Shown: positions 26,451 to 35,145 of the stretch, one piece after another
Numbering within the stretch: the stretch's first letter is position 1
How the letters are laid out: every line of letters begins with the position of its first letter
IMG/VR virus record: IMGVR_UViG_3300045999_002371
Coordinates: 12,312 to 76,311 of that record
Strand: one strand, 5' to 3'
DNA length: 64,000 nucleotides
DNA from: a virus
Notes under the pieces: generated by a model
Databases searched by the model: none
The model's input: only the letters and a program-made list of their open reading frames with translations
Told to the model about the DNA's origin: nothing
Position numbers and translations under genes: made by a program

Positions 26451-27212
26451 TTAAATTCCCATTTCTTTTCGTTTTTGTGTTGCAGAAATAGCCTGAATCT
26501 CTTGAGAAAGTTCAACTTGCTCAATCTTGTACCCAACATCTCGTCCGTAGACGATGTTCGTTATGTTTGGGAATCTTAGGACCATAGCGTTTTTCATTGC
26601 TAGGTCTTTGTCAATGTAGGACTTTACTTGATCAAAAGTTAATGGATCCTTCTCACTGGTTCCGTAGGTGTTACGAACACCGAGAACTACTTGATCGGTT
26701 CTCTTTCCAGCCTCATTGTAGAGGGCGTGGTGTCCTTCATGCCACGGTTGATAGCGACCAAGCATAAGTGTTGTAGGAGCAGACCAGTCGTGCAAACCAA
26801 AATGCTTTATGATTTGTGTAGCCTTTTGAGCCTGGTTTAATTCGTGGTCGTTATAGATTACGTCAAAGTTAACTGGCTTTTCAAACATCTTGTTGGTGTC
26901 TTCAAACCTACTCTCTTGAATGGTGTTCATCCAAATAAGAATGTCTGGCTTACCAAATGCTGCACGAGTTAGGTCGGTTGGACATACAAAATCCACAATA
27001 ACTGGAGCAACACCTTGTTTAGAAATGAGTCTTGCCATCTCACCCATACGACGTGCTTGCTCAATACGGTCGTCAACGGTAAACCCTAGATCAGAGTTTA
27101 CTGTTGCACGTACCTCATCTGCATTCAGGTGAATAGCATTAATTCTTTCCTTTAGTGTTTTTGCTAATTCAGTTTTACCTGATCCAGGCAATCCAATTAT
27201 TTGAATTATCAC
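26451..27212 (-). CDS. cysC: adenylylsulfate (APS) kinase fused to a HxGH nucleotidyltransferase (ATP-sulfurylase-like) domain
   Basis: GLPGSGKT, LNADEVR, DLGF...DR.EQARR, FE.P (CysC motifs); C-terminal GRYQPWHEGH, YGRD, ISAT..R. Confidence 0.8.
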   Translation of the reverse strand: MIIQIIGLPGSGKTELAKTLKERINAIHLNADEVRATVNSDLGFTVDDRIEQARRMGEMARLISKQGVAPVIVDFVCPTDLTRAAFGKPDILIWMNTIQESRFEDTNKMFEKPVNFDVIYNDHELNQAQKATQIIKHFGLHDWSAPTTLMLGRYQPWHEGHHALYNEAGKRTDQVVLGVRNTYGTSEKDPLTFDQVKSYIDKDLAMKNAMVLRFPNITNIVYGRDVGYKIEQVELSQEIQAISATQKRKEMGI

Positions 27213-27215
27213 TTG

Positions 27216-27524
27216 TTAGATAGCAACCTTGTACTCAAGCGCACCAGTAAATGCTGTTGGCTTTCCTTTTGCATCGACTGCTCCAGTCGCAACCATCTTC
27301 ACAGACTTACGAGGTGTGTGCTTCTGCACTTGTTCTTTAACCCAACGCTTTGCAGCAGACGCATTCTTCCATGCGGTGTACTCACTAATTCCTTCTGCGG
27401 GTTGCATAGAGTTCACTGACTCACCAGCCTCACGTTGTGCGCTGACAATAGCCAGCCAACCGCCAGCCTTCTCAGGATTGAGTGTGATTGTTGCTACAAA
27501 TGTTGCTTTGACTCTCTTAGCCAT
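27216..27524 (-). CDS. hypothetical protein
   Basis: 102-aa ORF with GAGGAG RBS. Confidence 0.7.
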   Translation of the reverse strand: MAKRVKATFVATITLNPEKAGGWLAIVSAQREAGESVNSMQPAEGISEYTAWKNASAAKRWVKEQVQKHTPRKSVKMVATGAVDAKGKPTAFTGALEYKVAI

Positions 27525-27657
27525 TCTTATTCTCCTCTAGTAGTTTTCTTATTTGTTTTTGTAAAAAGATGTTCTCTCTCCAAAACAAACCCATCACAGT
27601 TACTGAACCAGCAAGTGCAATAATGATTGCAATCATTGTCCCTGTATCTAAAATCAT
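27517..27657 (-). CDS. 46-aa membrane peptide (not in ORF track)
   Basis: MILDTGTMIAIIIALAGSVTVMGLFWRENIFLQKQIRKLLEENKNG; ATGA overlap with upstream stop. Confidence 0.6.
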   Translation of the reverse strand: MILDTGTMIAIIIALAGSVTVMGLFWRENIFLQKQIRKLLEENKNG

Positions 27658-28631
27658 TTATCTGCTCCTAATCTTTTTTCGTATCGCTCTAACTGTGCAC
27701 GACCAGACAACGAGTTCTGGAAGACCTTGCCATCGCTGGCGGTTAGGGTTGAGACCTTAACAGAGGTATCGACCTTAGCATTTACTTTGTTAAGCCCCAA
27801 ATTCTCACGGGCTTGGTTCATCTTCTTGCCAAATGATGCAAGGTACAACTTGTAGAGGTGGGGTGCCTCATCCCCAATGTTCTGGAAGTTGCGCTCATCT
27901 GCCATAAACAGTTTGAGCAACTCCAACTCGATTAGGGGAGTGGTCTGGTATTGCTTGCGGAACTTACTGAGTGCTCCCGACAACTGACGCACGTTGACTG
28001 TCCCTGGCAGGAGCGGGTAGCGTTTACCAACTCGATATGAGAATTCAGCAGCGACGTCCATGGGAGTCCACTCATGCTCAGGTCGCTTGCCTCTGGTCTT
28101 TGGGTCTGACTTGCGGATCTTCGGCTGAACAGCATCCCGCTCCTCAACAAGGCCGAAGCCTGCAAGATTGTCTGAATCATCTTCCCATTTTCTCATAGGC
28201 ACTCGTATCTCTTTCATTGAAACACCTTCGGTGTTTCTAATATCTTTTAATTGATTACTATCTTTGCTATTAGGTACTAATGACTTATTAGTAATATGGC
28301 TACGTGACTTATAGTCATGTGAGGTGTGGACATTTGCGTCCCCTAAGTTAGGGAACTCTAGCGTCCCGTTTGGGCTTGTAATGTCCAGTAAGTCTATCCC
28401 ACGGTATCCGTTGGCTCTCTTGGTTCGAGTTCGCTTGATGAAGCCAGCCTCTTCCAAGGCGATAAGGCCTCTACGGACGGTCTTCTCATGGACATTGCCA
28501 GTCTCTATACCAAGTTGGGCTGCTGAGGCCTTTAAACGGCCTTCAGAGCCCGCTAAATGGCATATGGTGGCCAACAGTCGGAACTGATAATCGGTTAGGT
28601 TGGCGCTATAAGCCTCGTGTGGGATTCTCAC
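27654..28631 (-). CDS. helix-turn-helix replication initiator-like protein
   Basis: N-terminal winged HTH (L....G.VHEKTVRRGL..LEEAGFI.R), low-complexity linker, upstream of a DnaC-like loader. Confidence 0.65.
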   Translation of the reverse strand: MRIPHEAYSANLTDYQFRLLATICHLAGSEGRLKASAAQLGIETGNVHEKTVRRGLIALEEAGFIKRTRTKRANGYRGIDLLDITSPNGTLEFPNLGDANVHTSHDYKSRSHITNKSLVPNSKDSNQLKDIRNTEGVSMKEIRVPMRKWEDDSDNLAGFGLVEERDAVQPKIRKSDPKTRGKRPEHEWTPMDVAAEFSYRVGKRYPLLPGTVNVRQLSGALSKFRKQYQTTPLIELELLKLFMADERNFQNIGDEAPHLYKLYLASFGKKMNQARENLGLNKVNAKVDTSVKVSTLTASDGKVFQNSLSGRAQLERYEKRLGADK

Positions 28632-29212
28632 GGCGTGTCGTCACCAAATGGGTTAATGTCCTTGGAGTTCAACTCTTCCTCCAGCCGTGCCGTGATGGTG
28701 TCCATCAAGGTGTCTAGGACTGAGGATGCGATGTAGGCAGAGAATACTTCGATGAAAGAGGTAAGGCTCTCCTGCATGGCATCGAAGAGTTCCTCTGTGG
28801 TGTCCTCCGTGTAGTCCATCTCGATGGGATTAAGTGTTCCCTTGATGTTCCACATCTCAAGGCCAAAATCCTCCAGCGAGTGAATGACCATGTGAGCCTC
28901 ATCTGAGTCATCCCATGCAATAGCAAGGATGTCATCTGGGGTGATCAGGTTAAGGAGTTCCTTGATTGGATTGGCGCAGATGGTTATCTGTTCTGAGTCA
29001 TCCTCTAACCCATCGATAGTAGTCTCTACATCTACATAGAGTTTAAAGTCTGCGCCTTGTTCTTTGACAGCATTGATCGCAGTCTCTGTGAATACGCCTC
29101 TAGTGATTACTGGAATAAGAACTTCACTCACATCTTCTTTGCCGAGTAATTCTACAAGCGGGTAATACACATCAGCGCTTGGATCAAAAGTTAATAAGAT
29201 CATCCGTTTCAT
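28628..29212 (-). CDS. acidic hypothetical protein
   Basis: 194-aa ORF, GTGA overlap with initiator gene. Confidence 0.7.
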   Translation of the reverse strand: MKRMILLTFDPSADVYYPLVELLGKEDVSEVLIPVITRGVFTETAINAVKEQGADFKLYVDVETTIDGLEDDSEQITICANPIKELLNLITPDDILAIAWDDSDEAHMVIHSLEDFGLEMWNIKGTLNPIEMDYTEDTTEELFDAMQESLTSFIEVFSAYIASSVLDTLMDTITARLEEELNSKDINPFGDDTP

Positions 29213-29221
29213 GTTGTGCCC

Positions 29222-29491
29222 CTATAGTCGTGGTAATCGTTGTTGTACAACCCTTGGTTTATTTAGAAATTTGCTAAGTAGAAGTGCAACTGTAGCAATA
29301 GCAGGTACAGCAATTATGAACTGCGTGTTTAATGGGGCTTGAGAGATCAAGGCGCCAAAACTTAACGGCAATGTTAAGAACTTGTTGAGTACAGGAACAC
29401 CGAAGAAACCTGCTGTAACAAGTTCTATAAACTCAATTACGTAAGTAACTGCGACTCCAGCAATCAGTATCGTGATAAGTAGGTCAACCAT
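29222..29491 (-). CDS. small multi-pass membrane protein (possible holin)
   Basis: 89 aa with about three hydrophobic segments and a basic C-terminus, at the end of the tail module. Confidence 0.5.
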   Translation of the reverse strand: MVDLLITILIAGVAVTYVIEFIELVTAGFFGVPVLNKFLTLPLSFGALISQAPLNTQFIIAVPAIATVALLLSKFLNKPRVVQQRLPRL

Positions 29492-29501
29492 GACCTGGAG
29501 C

Positions 29502-31442
29502 CTACACCGTCAGGTTGGTATATTCCACTCCATCATAAGTAGAGAGTCGCCAAAATGAGTTGGGAGGAACCCAGTTATTAAGGGTCTTTCCCAACCTAGG
29601 GATCTTTAGAGGCTTGTTGGGGTAGGCATGTGTGAAAGAGGAGTTGTCTGTGCCTTCCCATACCGCCCCGTATTCTGAGGGAAGTGATCCATCAAAGTAC
29701 TCTGTCGCAATTTGAGACTGCTCGAACTGTACTAAGTCTACGTAGTACGTGCCAGAGTCATTGAAGAGAATCTTCACTTTTGCATAAGACACTATCGATC
29801 CTGAGTCAGTCAATGCTGTCATACTCACTCTGCTGAATGAATCAGTGATTGCAAACTCAGACTCAAACTCCTCAAGAAGGTTGTCCTCTTCGTCAAAGAA
29901 TGCAATTAAACCAGTGACAGCAACGGAGTCATCAGAAGACACGTAGAAAGATAGGGTGTAGTACTTACCAGCAGTTGCTGGGATATTGTAATCCGTCTCT
30001 ATGCTACCTGTTGTAGCCACCACAAACTTACCGCTGTAATTCCCAGAGTAACCATCAGATGGAACTGCGGCATCTTGAGTAAAGTTGGCTCCCGTTAAGG
30101 TCCAGTCAGAATCATCTACTTCAAAGGATGGGTTCTTTATGTAATTAATTTTTGCAGAGTCAAGGAATACTGAGATTGCTCGTGCTTCGTCATACTCTAC
30201 TGTGTCACCTAACTGCACGCACACTTGGTCTACGTAATAAGTTCCTGCAGCGCTATACGCGATTTGAAGACTTGCATATGATGCATCTGCTGGGGTTGTA
30301 AATACTTTTGATGAACTCTTCCAAGTGTTGTTTGCAGCAACTGCTGTTGCAGATTGAGTGGTGCCAGTAATAGAGCCATTCTTATCGTAGAACTTGATAG
30401 AGAGCGTTATGTTTCCAGCACTAGATGGAGACTTTAACTTACAAGATACAACGTACTCTGTGTCTGGAAGAATCGGTACTCCTCGTGTGATGGGAGTGGA
30501 ATTCCCCAGTTGCATAGCACCAGAGCCTGAAGCAACAATCTTGCCTGTGTATTGGTTATCAATAACATTTGTTCCAGTGGCTGGTACTTGCTCCGTGCTA
30601 GAGGTTAGTGTCGCGTTGGTTGCAGTCCAGTTTCCGATTGACTCGTAGAATGTAGAGTCTTGAACTGATAGTAAAAGATTTGTTGACAAAGTAGTTGTTG
30701 GAGCAAACCCAGTCAAAGACTCTGCATAAGCATCGATACCTGTTTGCAATCCTTTGTGAGAGTACATAAATAGTGCTTCACGAATAAGTCTTTTTTGATT
30801 TTTTACTGGGATGGAGGGTTCGGGTGTTAATCCCAAACTAAGTGAGTTCTGACCTAAAGTTGAAAAGGCAATTCCTTCTGAAGAATGTTGTGGTCTTAAC
30901 ACATCTAGTTGTGTTAAAAACTGTTCATGAGTAAATGATATTCCACCCATAAACTTGTACAGAGCAGAGGTCTCGTCTGTAACTCCTAAGGGGCTTTGGA
31001 TTTCGCTGGTAAATACTTTAGGGATTATGTCCATAACCCTCTTGTGAACACCGTGATTAAATGGGATTAAGTCAGTTATTCTTCCAGCGTTAACCCAAAT
31101 TTTTTGGTCTGTGAATAGAAAAACTCCGTAATAGATTTGACGACCAGAAACGATAGGTGTTTGTTCTGGGTTTTCTTCGCCGTCTAGAAAAGATAGCCTT
31201 GTAACATTTCCTTCGGTTGCATCTTCTTCCCAAACTAACACACCGTCTTCTGAAGTTTCTGGGAATCCAAATTGATTTCTTACAAGTTTAATTTTTGTAA
31301 ATGCGCCTGTAGGGGATTGCCACGTAACTTCTGTTTTTGCGAAGTCAATCACAGTCAAAGACATAGGCTCAACTGAGTAAGCCAGTTTTGGACTTACACC
31401 ATAGTTGGCGCTTCCGTAAACAAAATTACCGTATTTAGCCAC
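29502..31442 (-). CDS. baseplate wedge/tail protein with two carbohydrate-binding-module-like domains
   Basis: Y..KG...GI..Y.E.LTG wedge-type block; NLL..QDSTF and NYIKNPSFE jelly-roll repeats ending YYVD.V; YFDGS. Confidence 0.7.
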   Translation of the reverse strand: MAKYGNFVYGSANYGVSPKLAYSVEPMSLTVIDFAKTEVTWQSPTGAFTKIKLVRNQFGFPETSEDGVLVWEEDATEGNVTRLSFLDGEENPEQTPIVSGRQIYYGVFLFTDQKIWVNAGRITDLIPFNHGVHKRVMDIIPKVFTSEIQSPLGVTDETSALYKFMGGISFTHEQFLTQLDVLRPQHSSEGIAFSTLGQNSLSLGLTPEPSIPVKNQKRLIREALFMYSHKGLQTGIDAYAESLTGFAPTTTLSTNLLLSVQDSTFYESIGNWTATNATLTSSTEQVPATGTNVIDNQYTGKIVASGSGAMQLGNSTPITRGVPILPDTEYVVSCKLKSPSSAGNITLSIKFYDKNGSITGTTQSATAVAANNTWKSSSKVFTTPADASYASLQIAYSAAGTYYVDQVCVQLGDTVEYDEARAISVFLDSAKINYIKNPSFEVDDSDWTLTGANFTQDAAVPSDGYSGNYSGKFVVATTGSIETDYNIPATAGKYYTLSFYVSSDDSVAVTGLIAFFDEEDNLLEEFESEFAITDSFSRVSMTALTDSGSIVSYAKVKILFNDSGTYYVDLVQFEQSQIATEYFDGSLPSEYGAVWEGTDNSSFTHAYPNKPLKIPRLGKTLNNWVPPNSFWRLSTYDGVEYTNLTV

Positions 31443-31455
31443 AGACTATTGCTCC

Positions 31456-31848
31456 TTAAGGACTGACTATGTCGCCGTAAACAACCCAAGAATCAGCATC
31501 TATCTTCATCAGAGTTGCTACTGAGTATTGTCCATTCAAAGCAACTGTACCAGTTGCGACTGATGAGTTGAGGTCTGCTACGTCCTCTGTAGTAATTGAC
31601 ACTTCTCCAGTTCCGTTTTGAACTACAACAAAGGTCTGACCAATACTGAACTCGTAAGTTGAGTCGTCAGGAATTGTAAGACTTACAGAAGAACTGCTCG
31701 AAAACACAATTGCTTTACCAGTGTCATTTACACCAAGGGTGTAGGAAGTCGAGGAACTGTCAACAACTCCACGTTGGTGTGATTGAGGTACAGCAGAGGC
31801 AACTGGAACCCATTCGGATCCAGACCACACATACGATGATTTTGCCAT
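31456..31848 (-). CDS. tail fibre-associated structural protein
   Basis: YTL...D.GK, TIP, F.IG, Q.GTG.V, QYS.ATL.K...D.W...GD module seen in phage fibres. Confidence 0.6.
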   Translation of the reverse strand: MAKSSYVWSGSEWVPVASAVPQSHQRGVVDSSSTSYTLGVNDTGKAIVFSSSSSVSLTIPDDSTYEFSIGQTFVVVQNGTGEVSITTEDVADLNSSVATGTVALNGQYSVATLMKIDADSWVVYGDIVSP

Positions 31849-31849
31849 T

Positions 31850-32422
31850 TCAGCCTCCCATCAGCATCAGGGTGTCATTGAGTGAGCCAGTTCCACCAGA
31901 AGTAATTGTGATGTCAACATCTGTAGATGAATCAACCCAGATTGTTCCAGCAGCAAACGAAGAGCCTGTTGGCTGAGTGGCTGAGTAGATAACTGGAACA
32001 AGTTCTTTAGAGCGGGTAAAAATGTGACCACTTGAGTTTACGTACGTAACGACTGAGTCACTAGAGTTTTTAAAACTTACAATATTTGCTGTCTGACTTG
32101 ACTTAGCCTTTACGGTAAGTCCGACCTCGTCGTTCGCAGTCGATAGGATTGTAGACCCACCACTCAAGGATACATAGTCGTTGTACACATCACTTAGACC
32201 ATACTCAATGTTTGCAAGACGATCTTTGAGTGTATTCCAGTTAGTGGTGACTTGATCAAAGTCCCCTACCCACCCAGAGCCAGTCTTGATGTAGGTTCCA
32301 ATATTTGCCTGTAAAGAGTTGACTTCTTCTTGAAGACTGTTTACGTGTTCGGCAAGGACAGTGTCGGAGAAGTCAACCTTTGTAGTAAAGGACTTCACCG
32401 CTGCGGGATATGCTGCTGTCAC
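31850..32422 (-). CDS. minor tail/structural protein
   Basis: A.YP.....F..KVD....V.A.HVN.LQ.EV; C-terminal LMLMGG shared with fibre gene 55615..56907 (LMLGGM). Confidence 0.6.
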   Translation of the reverse strand: MTAAYPAAVKSFTTKVDFSDTVLAEHVNSLQEEVNSLQANIGTYIKTGSGWVGDFDQVTTNWNTLKDRLANIEYGLSDVYNDYVSLSGGSTILSTANDEVGLTVKAKSSQTANIVSFKNSSDSVVTYVNSSGHIFTRSKELVPVIYSATQPTGSSFAAGTIWVDSSTDVDITITSGGTGSLNDTLMLMGG

Positions 32423-32489
32423 GCTGTACTTCCTTCCAGACCTTGAGGTCTATTTTCTCTGGTTTGCCCCATATTTACTGCCTGAACTA

Positions 32490-33188
32490 TTACGCGACTT
32501 GGTTAATAGTTAGAATTACTGAAGGTATTCCTGGCACAACTCCACTGGGAGCAACTGCTGGAAGGAAGATACCTGTGTTAGTAACAGACCCAACTACCTC
32601 AAAATAGTCTCCAGCCTTTGCTACTCCGTAAAAATTCCAGGCAGCAATAAACTCTGCGGTCGCTCCTTGGATAGCCACCTTGCTTGCTGAGTAAGGTACG
32701 TTTGACCCATTCTTTCTAAGCCAGATATATGCGTGCTCGGTGTTAGCACTAGATTTGTCAAACTGTGCTGAAAATTGGATGTTGTACGTTCCTGCTTGAT
32801 CAACTCTCATCTTGGAACTGTCTACAAGTTTTACACCGCTCTCTACTTCTACAGTGTCGCACTGCATTGGGTAGACAGTGTTTATTGCAGCAGCGTTCAT
32901 CGTTTGGGTGTTGTGCCATGCCCCATAACTAAAAAGACCTTTGTTACTTTCTTCTTTCCCAAATTCACCTATCCATAATGGAAACTCTGGGTCTCCACCT
33001 TGGTACATTATGAACACTCCATGACCGATTACTGGAGGGTTTGCTGTTGACTGTATTGGCCATACCCAATCAGTTATCTCAGCACCTGTTGCCTGTGACT
33101 GTACCTTAAGGCGCCGTAAATTTTTAGGGTCTTTGTTGTCAACAACAACCGCCCTGTAAACTCCATGAAGCCTCTTAATCGAGTCCAT
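32490..33188 (-). CDS. baseplate spike-like protein (gp5/gpV OB-fold) with C-terminal C1q/BclA-like domain
   Basis: GVYRAVVVDNKDP....RLKV, P.IG..V..M..GGDPEFPLWIG; C-terminal AGTYNIQFSAQ, IWLRKNG, GDYFE, PS.ILTI. Confidence 0.7.
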   Translation of the reverse strand: MDSIKRLHGVYRAVVVDNKDPKNLRRLKVQSQATGAEITDWVWPIQSTANPPVIGHGVFIMYQGGDPEFPLWIGEFGKEESNKGLFSYGAWHNTQTMNAAAINTVYPMQCDTVEVESGVKLVDSSKMRVDQAGTYNIQFSAQFDKSSANTEHAYIWLRKNGSNVPYSASKVAIQGATAEFIAAWNFYGVAKAGDYFEVVGSVTNTGIFLPAVAPSGVVPGIPSVILTINQVA

Positions 33189-34747
33189 TAGATAGTTCCG
33201 ATAGTTATGTTGTCCTCTTGGAATCGGAAGATCTCATCTGCTCCGCCAACAACCGTGTCTAAACCAGGATCTCCCGCTATGTGAAGAGCAGTAACCTTTA
33301 CTGTTTTTACTCCAGGAACTTGATTGAGTGCAAACTCAATATCTTGTGGGTAGATTGTGTCTTGGAAGTTCATTCCGTTATAACCAAAAGAACTTAACAA
33401 AGTCTGTTTAAGAGCAAGTTCAATTTCTGCAGTTGTGTACTGGTCTTGTTTGGCGTACTCAAGTGTTATGAAAAGATCCACGTAGGTAGGTGGTTGAATG
33501 GTCACAGTCGTTCCCAACAAAATCTTATCTGACAAGTAAGTTTCAACATCTTCTTTTAGTCGATCATACTCAACCGTTGGATTTCCTAAATCATCGAGTC
33601 CAGGAGCAAGGTCTGAGTCAATAGAACTTCTACTTGGTGCAATATAAACTGTAACAGAGGTCCACACCTCTGCAAGAGCGTTTGCTTTACCAACTCCGCT
33701 TACTGCGAGGGAAAGGTCTTCGTAGTCTTGAAGAGTCACAGCACGGTTTGCTGCTCGTAACGCTGCTGGTGCAGAAACACGGATTTGCGCTGTTGTCTCT
33801 GGATCAGATCCACCAATTGCTGGGTCGGCATTTGTTACTGTAATAATTGCTTGTAAAGCCGTTGTCTCGTTAGTAGACAGTCCAGGAACATAGATAATGT
33901 CAACAAGTGTGTCACTCGGTACGTTACCGATCAATCCACCACCTACCATGTAGTTAACACGGATCTCTGAGTGAATTGTTGGGATAACGCCAGAGACACC
34001 ATCTCCAAACAAGATGAACACATTGTTGTTTGCATCTGTGTTTACTTGATACACAAGATCGGTAGGACCACTATCTAATAGGTGTTGAACTTGTGTCCAC
34101 TTCGAATACACATCGCCGTCTTGAACATAGAGTTCTGTTGTTCCGTCAACAGACGGGGTTTCTCCTAGTTCAAACAGCATGCTAGGAAGCCCAGTAGAGG
34201 TACCGATCAGTTCACCATAGGTGTTTGCGTTGTCAGATACGACAGTTACGTAACGACCTTCTACTGCTGATACTTCTTCAGTTCCTGGAGTTTCATCTAC
34301 TTGTGCATCTACAATTGCATCTGCCTGAGTTGTGAAGTAGAGGGTGCTGACTATGTCTCCAGAAATCACGTCTCCAGAGAGGACTGTGCCAGCAGGAATA
34401 GTCACTGCTTCATCAGACGTATTAGAGAAGGTTAAAGAGACAAAGGCTTGACGATAGCCAGCGGGGATATACCCGTAGGTTTGTGCAATATTGATGACGC
34501 TGTCTCGCTGAGTAGCGGTAGTGATGAGTGACTCGTTTGCGTTTCTGTCAATGTAGTAAGAGATCAGGTCACCCATGTAGGCAAACGCCTCAATCAGAGC
34601 AACGCCAAAGTCAGAAGGATCAGACGCTGTCCAGTTAGGAAGACGGTCTTGAACACGAGCAATCAACTCGTCACGTAGTACGTAGTAATCTTTGCTTGTA
34701 TAGTCAACTGAGATTGGGATACTTGAAACTGGTGTTACGTCACTCAT
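33188..34747 (-). CDS. baseplate wedge protein (baseplate J / T4 gp6-like)
   Basis: DYTSKDY, SDFGVALIE..AY.GD..SYY.DR, FGDG..G.IP, GGSDPET, RAVT..DY. Confidence 0.9.
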   Translation of the reverse strand: MSDVTPVSSIPISVDYTSKDYYVLRDELIARVQDRLPNWTASDPSDFGVALIEAFAYMGDLISYYIDRNANESLITTATQRDSVINIAQTYGYIPAGYRQAFVSLTFSNTSDEAVTIPAGTVLSGDVISGDIVSTLYFTTQADAIVDAQVDETPGTEEVSAVEGRYVTVVSDNANTYGELIGTSTGLPSMLFELGETPSVDGTTELYVQDGDVYSKWTQVQHLLDSGPTDLVYQVNTDANNNVFILFGDGVSGVIPTIHSEIRVNYMVGGGLIGNVPSDTLVDIIYVPGLSTNETTALQAIITVTNADPAIGGSDPETTAQIRVSAPAALRAANRAVTLQDYEDLSLAVSGVGKANALAEVWTSVTVYIAPSRSSIDSDLAPGLDDLGNPTVEYDRLKEDVETYLSDKILLGTTVTIQPPTYVDLFITLEYAKQDQYTTAEIELALKQTLLSSFGYNGMNFQDTIYPQDIEFALNQVPGVKTVKVTALHIAGDPGLDTVVGGADEIFRFQEDNITIGTI

Positions 34748-35145
34748 AGCGTCTCCTGGTAGATCGGGTTGGTTCCTTGAATGTAAGCAACACCAATAAC
34801 TGTCTCAACTTGAGTATTATTGGGGAGGTCATACACTGTACTAACATTGATTATGCCAGTAAATTCGTCAAAAGTCGTGGTTACAGACTGGAGAGTAAGC
34901 AGAGGCAGTTGGATTTCAAAGGCTGCCTGTGTTTCACGTTCAATTAAGATAGAGGCGTCTTCCTGCGTACTAAATACTGAGTAAGGGATCTCTGTACCGA
35001 ACAGAGGCTGCATCACACGCTCTCGCAGTGCAGTACCTAAAACAGACCTTACACGGTCTGCCCATATCTTTTGCTGGTCACTTGAGACAGCGACCTTTCC
35101 GTAAGGATCAATCCGAAACGGAAGAGAGATTGCTACTTCAGCCAT
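34744..35145 (-). CDS. baseplate wedge subunit (T4 gp25-like)
   Basis: ISLPF, VLGT..RERVM.P.FG. Confidence 0.85.
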   Translation of the reverse strand: MAEVAISLPFRIDPYGKVAVSSDQQKIWADRVRSVLGTALRERVMQPLFGTEIPYSVFSTQEDASILIERETQAAFEIQLPLLTLQSVTTTFDEFTGIINVSTVYDLPNNTQVETVIGVAYIQGTNPIYQETL

